From Candidatus Hadarchaeota archaeon (GTDB lineage: Archaea > Hadarchaeota > Hadarchaeia > Hadarchaeales > Hadarchaeaceae), in assembly GCA_964514965.1 (NCBI GenBank), contig CAZETV010000001.1:300001-332000 (forward strand): a DNA stretch of 32,000 bases, in the 5' to 3' direction. Shown here in pieces: positions 27,509-32,000 of the stretch. Below the pieces are notes generated by a model, which saw nothing but the letters and a program-made list of their open reading frames with translations, was not told where the DNA came from and made no database searches. Each line of letters opens with the position of its first letter. Within the stretch, counting starts at the first letter, position 1. The position numbers and the translations under genes are program-made.

Positions 27509-27775
27509 ATGCGAAAAATTCTGATAATATGGGACGTCAAAACCCGAGGCTCGCCAGCTACGCTCTTCTACAGAGCACTTCGGGGGTACGATTACCCGAC
27601 GAAGGCAGGCATGAGCCATTCTGCGGGGATTCTAGACGAGATGCCAGATGATGTCTGGGAGTTTATAAACAGGAGCACTTTGCTAATCGAGGAAGAGTAC
27701 GCCATGATGGTCGAAAAGATTTTCAAAGAGTTCAACAAACATTTAATCTGGCACAGGTTTGAGGTCGATATTTGA
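27509..27775 (+). CDS. Small (88 aa) protein of unknown function
   Basis: ATG preceded by its own promoter-like region; [34 protein letters not shown]...; ends 10 nt before the cdc48 start, suggesting co-transcription. Confidence 0.6.
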   Translation: MRKILIIWDVKTRGSPATLFYRALRGYDYPTKAGMSHSAGILDEMPDDVWEFINRSTLLIEEEYAMMVEKIFKEFNKHLIWHRFEVDI

Positions 27776-27785
27776 GGGTGATAGA

Positions 27786-30053
27786 ATGGCCGAGAAGGAA
27801 TTGAAACTCGTGGTCGCGGAAAATCGTCATCAGGCCTACGTTAACCGAGGTTTTGCCCTGATCGATGATGGAGTGATGAAACGGATCGGCATAAAGCAGG
27901 GCGATATGGTTGAGATAACCGGCCCTCGCTCGACCAGCGCGATTGCGATGAAGGGCTTTTCAGAGGACAAGGGGCTGGAGATCATCCGAATTGATGGACT
28001 CATCCGCCACAACGCTGGCACGTCGATAGGTGAAAAAGTCGTCGTACGGAAAGCCTCGGTGAAGGAAGCCAGAAATGTCACTATTGCGCCTACCGACCCC
28101 CGCGTCAAGTTCATGGCATCCGGGGAGGTAATCAAACGCAACTTGCTCGGGAGACCTCTTACAAAAGGAGACTTAATTACCCCAACACCTCCCCAAGAAC
28201 CTGTACGTATGGGGGGAGACCTTTTTGAGGAGTTATTCGGCGGCATCTTCGGTGGAATGGCTTTGCCGTTTGGCTTCGGTGAGGTAAAATTCGCTGTTAC
28301 CAACACCTCCCCGGCTGGCACCGTGCTCGTGACCGACATGACTAATATCGAAGTGCTCCAGCAGGCGGTGGAAGTTAAGGAGCTAAAAGTGCCTGCTGTA
28401 ACTTACGAAGACATCGGCGGGCTGAAGAAAGAACTCCAGCGCGTCCGAGAGATGATTGAACTCCCGTTAAAGCACCCAGAGGTCTTTGATCGCCTCGGGA
28501 TAGAGCCCCCAAAGGGAGTCTTATTGCATGGGCCACCGGGCACGGGAAAGACGCTGATAGCAAAGGCAGTGGCGAACGAGTCGGGGGCAAATTTCACCTC
28601 GATCGCCGGACCCGAGGTTATGAGTAAATGGTACGGGGAGAGCGAGGCCAAATTGAGACAAATTTTCGAGCAGGCCGAGAAAAATGCCCCCTCAATCGTC
28701 TTCATCGATGAGCTTGACGCGATATCCCCAAAGCGTGAAGAGGTAACCGGCGAGGTCGAGAGGCGAGTGGTGGCGACGCTCTGTACGGCGCTCGACGGAC
28801 TGAAAACTCGTGGGAATGTCATCGTCATCGGTGCCACGAACCGCGTCAATGCTTTGGACCCAGCGATTCGCCGCCCTGGCAGATTTGACCGTGAAATAGA
28901 AATCGGCGTTCCGGATCGCGATGGGCGCAAAGAAATCCTGCAGATTCACACTAGAGGAATGCCGCTAGCGAAGGATGTCAATCTCGACCATTATGCTGAC
29001 ATCACTCACGGTTTCGTCGGTGCAGACCTCGAGGCCTTGGCCAAGGAGGCGGCGATGAATGCCTTGCGGAGGATACTGCCAGAGATAAAGCTTGAAGAAA
29101 AAATCATCCCGCCAGAAGTGCTCGAGAAGCTTCAGGTGACAAAAGAAGACTTCGAAAACGCGCTAAAGATGGCGGAGCCCTCTGCGATGCGTGAGGTCTT
29201 GATCGAGATCCCGGATGTGCACTGGGAAGATGTGGGCGGGCTGGAGAACGCAAAACAGGAATTGATAGAAGCAGTCGAGTGGCCAATCAAATATCCGGAT
29301 GCATTCAAGCGCATCGGAATCGAACCCCCGCACGGAATTCTCCTCTATGGCCCACCAGGTACGGGCAAAACCCTGCTTGCGCGGGCGGTGGCGACCGAGA
29401 GTGAGGCAAACTTCATTTCGATTAAGGGGCCTCAACTATTGAGCAAATGGGTGGGAGAATCTGAGAAGGGAGTGCGAGAAACTTTCCGAAAGGCTAAGAT
29501 GGCTGCCCCCGCGATAATCTTTTTCGATGAGATTGACGCGCTCGTGCCTAGGCGCGGCTCCGGGTTCGGAGACACTCACGTGACCGAGCGAGTGATAAGC
29601 CAGCTGCTTACCGAGCTCGACGGTCTGGAAAAACTTGAAAATGTCGTCGTAATCGGTGCAACTAATCGTCCAGACCTAGTAGACCCAGCGCTGCTCCGTC
29701 CCGGCCGCTTCGACAGGCTTGTGTTGGCTCCAGCTCCTGACGAGAAAGCCCGTTTAGAGATACTCAAAATCCACGCCAAGGGCATGTCCCTCGGGAAAGA
29801 TGTTAATTTCAAATTATTAGCAAAAGAAACTAATGGCTACTCTGGGTCTGACATCGCCGCTCTATGCCGTGAGGCTGCGATGCGGGTGCTGCGAAAAGAC
29901 ATAAAGGGCAAGGAAGTTCGGATGCAAAATTTCCGCGAGGCGATGGAAGGTATCAAACCCTCCCTGACACCAGAGATGACCAAAGCGTATGAAACTTTCA
30001 CGGAGAGAAAAAGCAAGCGCGTGGCGGAAGAAGCGACGGGGATGCACTACTAA
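27786..30053 (+). CDS. CDC48/VCP-type AAA+ ATPase with two AAA domains
   Basis: N-terminal double-psi barrel ([33 protein letters not shown]), two GPPGTGKT Walker A motifs, FIDELDAI and FFDEIDAL Walker B. Confidence 0.97.
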   Translation: MAEKELKLVVAENRHQAYVNRGFALIDDGVMKRIGIKQGDMVEITGPRSTSAIAMKGFSEDKGLEIIRIDGLIRHNAGTSIGEKVVVRKASVKEARNVTIAPTDPRVKFMASGEVIKRNLLGRPLTKGDLITPTPPQEPVRMGGDLFEELFGGIFGGMALPFGFGEVKFAVTNTSPAGTVLVTDMTNIEVLQQAVEVKELKVPAVTYEDIGGLKKELQRVREMIELPLKHPEVFDRLGIEPPKGVLLHGPPGTGKTLIAKAVANESGANFTSIAGPEVMSKWYGESEAKLRQIFEQAEKNAPSIVFIDELDAISPKREEVTGEVERRVVATLCTALDGLKTRGNVIVIGATNRVNALDPAIRRPGRFDREIEIGVPDRDGRKEILQIHTRGMPLAKDVNLDHYADITHGFVGADLEALAKEAAMNALRRILPEIKLEEKIIPPEVLEKLQVTKEDFENALKMAEPSAMREVLIEIPDVHWEDVGGLENAKQELIEAVEWPIKYPDAFKRIGIEPPHGILLYGPPGTGKTLLARAVATESEANFISIKGPQLLSKWVGESEKGVRETFRKAKMAAPAIIFFDEIDALVPRRGSGFGDTHVTERVISQLLTELDGLEKLENVVVIGATNRPDLVDPALLRPGRFDRLVLAPAPDEKARLEILKIHAKGMSLGKDVNFKLLAKETNGYSGSDIAALCREAAMRVLRKDIKGKEVRMQNFREAMEGIKPSLTPEMTKAYETFTERKSKRVAEEATGMHY

Positions 30054-30095
30054 GGTTTAATAAGGTTCAAAAATAAATTAGGGCGGAGGTATACT

Positions 30096-30398
30096 TTGCC
30101 GCAGGTTATGGTGAGTAAGCTCCGGGCGATAGGCATAATCTCGGACAGGGGCATGCAGGTGGGAAAGCTCCAAGATATTCTCTTTGATGAAAAAGACGGA
30201 AAGGTTCAATCGATTGTGGTAAAACCAATTTCGAAGGAGACGCTCGGGAACATCCCCCGCGACTCAAGCGGGAATGCTTTGATCCCGTTCAGCGCTGTTA
30301 TGTCAATACGCGATTTCATCGTCATCAACGAGCGCGTTTTAGCGATCCAGCAACTCAAGACGGGACCGAAGCCCGGCGTTCCAGAAATATTACCCTAA
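30096..30398 (+). CDS. PRC-barrel domain protein
   Basis: VSKLRAIGIISDRGMQVGKLQDILFDEKDGKVQSIVVKP; 100 aa. Confidence 0.8.
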   Translation: MPQVMVSKLRAIGIISDRGMQVGKLQDILFDEKDGKVQSIVVKPISKETLGNIPRDSSGNALIPFSAVMSIRDFIVINERVLAIQQLKTGPKPGVPEILP

Positions 30399-31085
30399 TT
30401 ACCACCCAAAGAATAATCTTGTCGAGAGTTCACTGGGTAACCCCGCAGTTTCCATTTTTTCGGCCGTAATCTTTACATCGTATCCAACTCTATGGAAGCT
30501 CACCTTTACCTCATTTCCCAAGTTCAAAACCGCGTAGCTAGCTCGAGGGTCGCGATCACGCGGCTGTCCAACCCCGCCCGGGTTAATAATCAACTTTCCA
30601 AAGACGACGCGCTCAACCGGCATGTGAGTATGACCGAGCAAGAGGATATCCGCATCCAAGTCGCGAACTAGTTCTGCGAGCACGCGGTTGGAAGTATCTG
30701 GAAAGATGTATTCGTTAAGCGGGTCACGGGGGCTACCATGCGCCACGTAGACCTTTTGCTTTCCGTACGTCAGCGTGAGGTGGGTTGGGAGGTTAGATAA
30801 AAATTCGAGATTTTCCTTGCTCAATTTACCGGCGGTCCAGAGTGCAGCCTTGGCCGCTAGCGGGTTGAACCCCAACACATCGCGTGTAACTGCCGCATGG
30901 TCATGATTGCCCATCACTATCTTCATCCGCTTCAATCTAGCCAACTTTACTACTTCGTTGGGATCAGCGGCGTAACCAACGAGGTCGCCCGCGCAAATGA
31001 GTTCATCAACGCGAGGCATGTCTTTGAGCACTGCTTTGAGCGCCGCGAGGTTTGAGTGTGGATCCGCTATTACGCCGATTTTCAC
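30399..31085 (-). CDS. Metallophosphoesterase (MJ0936/YfcE-like)
   Basis: KIGVIADPHSNLAALKAVL, ICAGDLVGYAADP, VMGNHDHAA, YVAHGSPRDPLNEYI, LLGHTHMP, NPGGVGQPRD. GTG 31085 is the likely start. Confidence 0.92.
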   Translation of the reverse strand: MKIGVIADPHSNLAALKAVLKDMPRVDELICAGDLVGYAADPNEVVKLARLKRMKIVMGNHDHAAVTRDVLGFNPLAAKAALWTAGKLSKENLEFLSNLPTHLTLTYGKQKVYVAHGSPRDPLNEYIFPDTSNRVLAELVRDLDADILLLGHTHMPVERVVFGKLIINPGGVGQPRDRDPRASYAVLNLGNEVKVSFHRVGYDVKITAEKMETAGLPSELSTRLFFGW

Positions 31086-31192
31086 CGATACCACCAAGAC
31101 AACAAAGGAGCGAGATTTGTTTAAACCTGCACCCCACATAAATTTTAACAGCGCACGGGATTATTTTAGTTTCTGGCAGCACCACTCGAAAG

Positions 31193-31894
31193 CTAGTCCC
31201 GCATGCTGAGAATTTTCTCGATGGCTTCCGCGACGCCCTTTCCGTGAGGCTCGGCGGTCACGTAGGTCGATACGCGCTTCACCGCTTCGTCCGAGTTTGC
31301 CACGGCGAAGCTCGTCCCCGCGACTCCCAACATCTCGACATCGTTCAGACCATCTCCTATGGCCGCAACTTCGGCGAGCGGCACCATCAAGAACGAAGCG
31401 ACTTTTCGGAGCGCGTTTCCTTTGTTCACCTTTGGGCTTAAAATGTGAATCGTTGAACCCAAGTCGACGACGACTAGATTAAGTTTCTCTCGTCTGAAGA
31501 GCTCCTCGGCGGCCCCAGATTCGATTGTGCGCTTCAGGGATATGCTCGTGAGACGCGACCTTGAACTCCTAGTCTGCTGCAGAGGGCCAAATTCACGTTC
31601 AAGAACGGCCAGTCCACGCTCGGCATCGACACGGTCGCCTAGCACACATTCCCACCCGCTGGCGGGGTCAAATACAATTCCTCCATCCTCAGCTATCAGC
31701 GATCCCGAAGTCCCAAGCATGATTGCTGCAGTCTCCGCGAACGCGAGCACGTTCCCAGTTGCGAGCACCACGGGCAGGCCCGAATCCTCGGCCTTTTGAA
31801 CGGCGCTCACGCCAGCGATATCAAGTCTTCGGTTCTTAAAAGTCAGCGTGCCGTCTATATCGACAGCAACAAACCTAATCAAACTTCCACCCAA
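31193..31894 (-). CDS. Archaeal-type phosphoglycolate phosphatase (HAD superfamily)
   Basis: VAVDIDGTLTFKNRRLD, VVLATGNVLAFAET, VNKGNALRKVA, VAAIGDGLNDVEML. Start may be the TTG at 31882. Confidence 0.88.
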   Translation of the reverse strand: MGGSLIRFVAVDIDGTLTFKNRRLDIAGVSAVQKAEDSGLPVVLATGNVLAFAETAAIMLGTSGSLIAEDGGIVFDPASGWECVLGDRVDAERGLAVLEREFGPLQQTRSSRSRLTSISLKRTIESGAAEELFRREKLNLVVVDLGSTIHILSPKVNKGNALRKVASFLMVPLAEVAAIGDGLNDVEMLGVAGTSFAVANSDEAVKRVSTYVTAEPHGKGVAEAIEKILSMRD

Positions 31895-31895
31895 T

Positions 31896-32000
31896 TCAGT
31901 CCTTTATCCCTTGCCCGCTAATCATGAAAACAGCTTCAGCCTCGGGCAAGTTTGGGCTGTCAAATATCCGTGCGATTCGCTTTCCACCCTTGGACTTTCG
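31896..32000 (-). CDS. C-terminal end of an unidentified protein (gene continues beyond window)
   Basis: Complement reads ...[34 protein letters not shown]. Confidence 0.55.
   Translation of the reverse strand, partial: RKSKGGKRIARIFDSPNLPEAEAVFMISGQGIKD

Noticed and set aside
27289-27651. 120-aa plus ORF overlapping the small ORF before cdc48
   Set aside because: Runs across the TATA box and both operator-like repeats and overlaps 27509-27775 in another frame; the shorter ORF with promoter and cdc48-coupled end is more plausible.

Overview
This is an archaeal chromosomal window. It has archaeal TATA-type promoters, HerA/NurA, a CDC48-type AAA+ ATPase, an archaeal ApgM-type phosphoglycerate mutase, NadM and Trm5-family genes. 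Most of it is metabolic and housekeeping: hisF(end)-hisD-hisE-hisI; phosphoglycerate mutase; an isocitrate-type dehydrogenase next to a citrate/homocitrate-synthase-family enzyme; rtcA; a short MGMT; NMN adenylyltransferase; ATP-cone protein; thiC; class V aminotransferase; ilvE; GNAT; ABC transporter; Trm5-like methyltransferase; HerA-NurA; larC; a divergent universal stress protein and cation/proton antiporter; CDC48; PRC-barrel; phosphoesterase; phosphoglycolate phosphatase. The standout region is an AT-richer, same-strand cassette at about 17.9-21.1 kb. It encodes three related proteins that resemble the DUF2589 family (one with a C-terminal helix-hairpin-helix-like domain) followed by an NlpC/P60-fold candidate cysteine peptidase/amidase with no obvious signal peptide. 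It is bordered on the left by a PIN-like gene and an orphan tRNA T-arm-like fragment, and on the right by convergent herA-nurA. Other signals: three near-identical copies of a palindromic operator-like motif (TTGTTATAkATAyAACAA), two of them flanking the TATA box of a small unknown ORF upstream of cdc48; a frameshifted remnant of a DUF62/SAM-hydroxide adenosyltransferase gene; and an inverted repeat in front of thiC.
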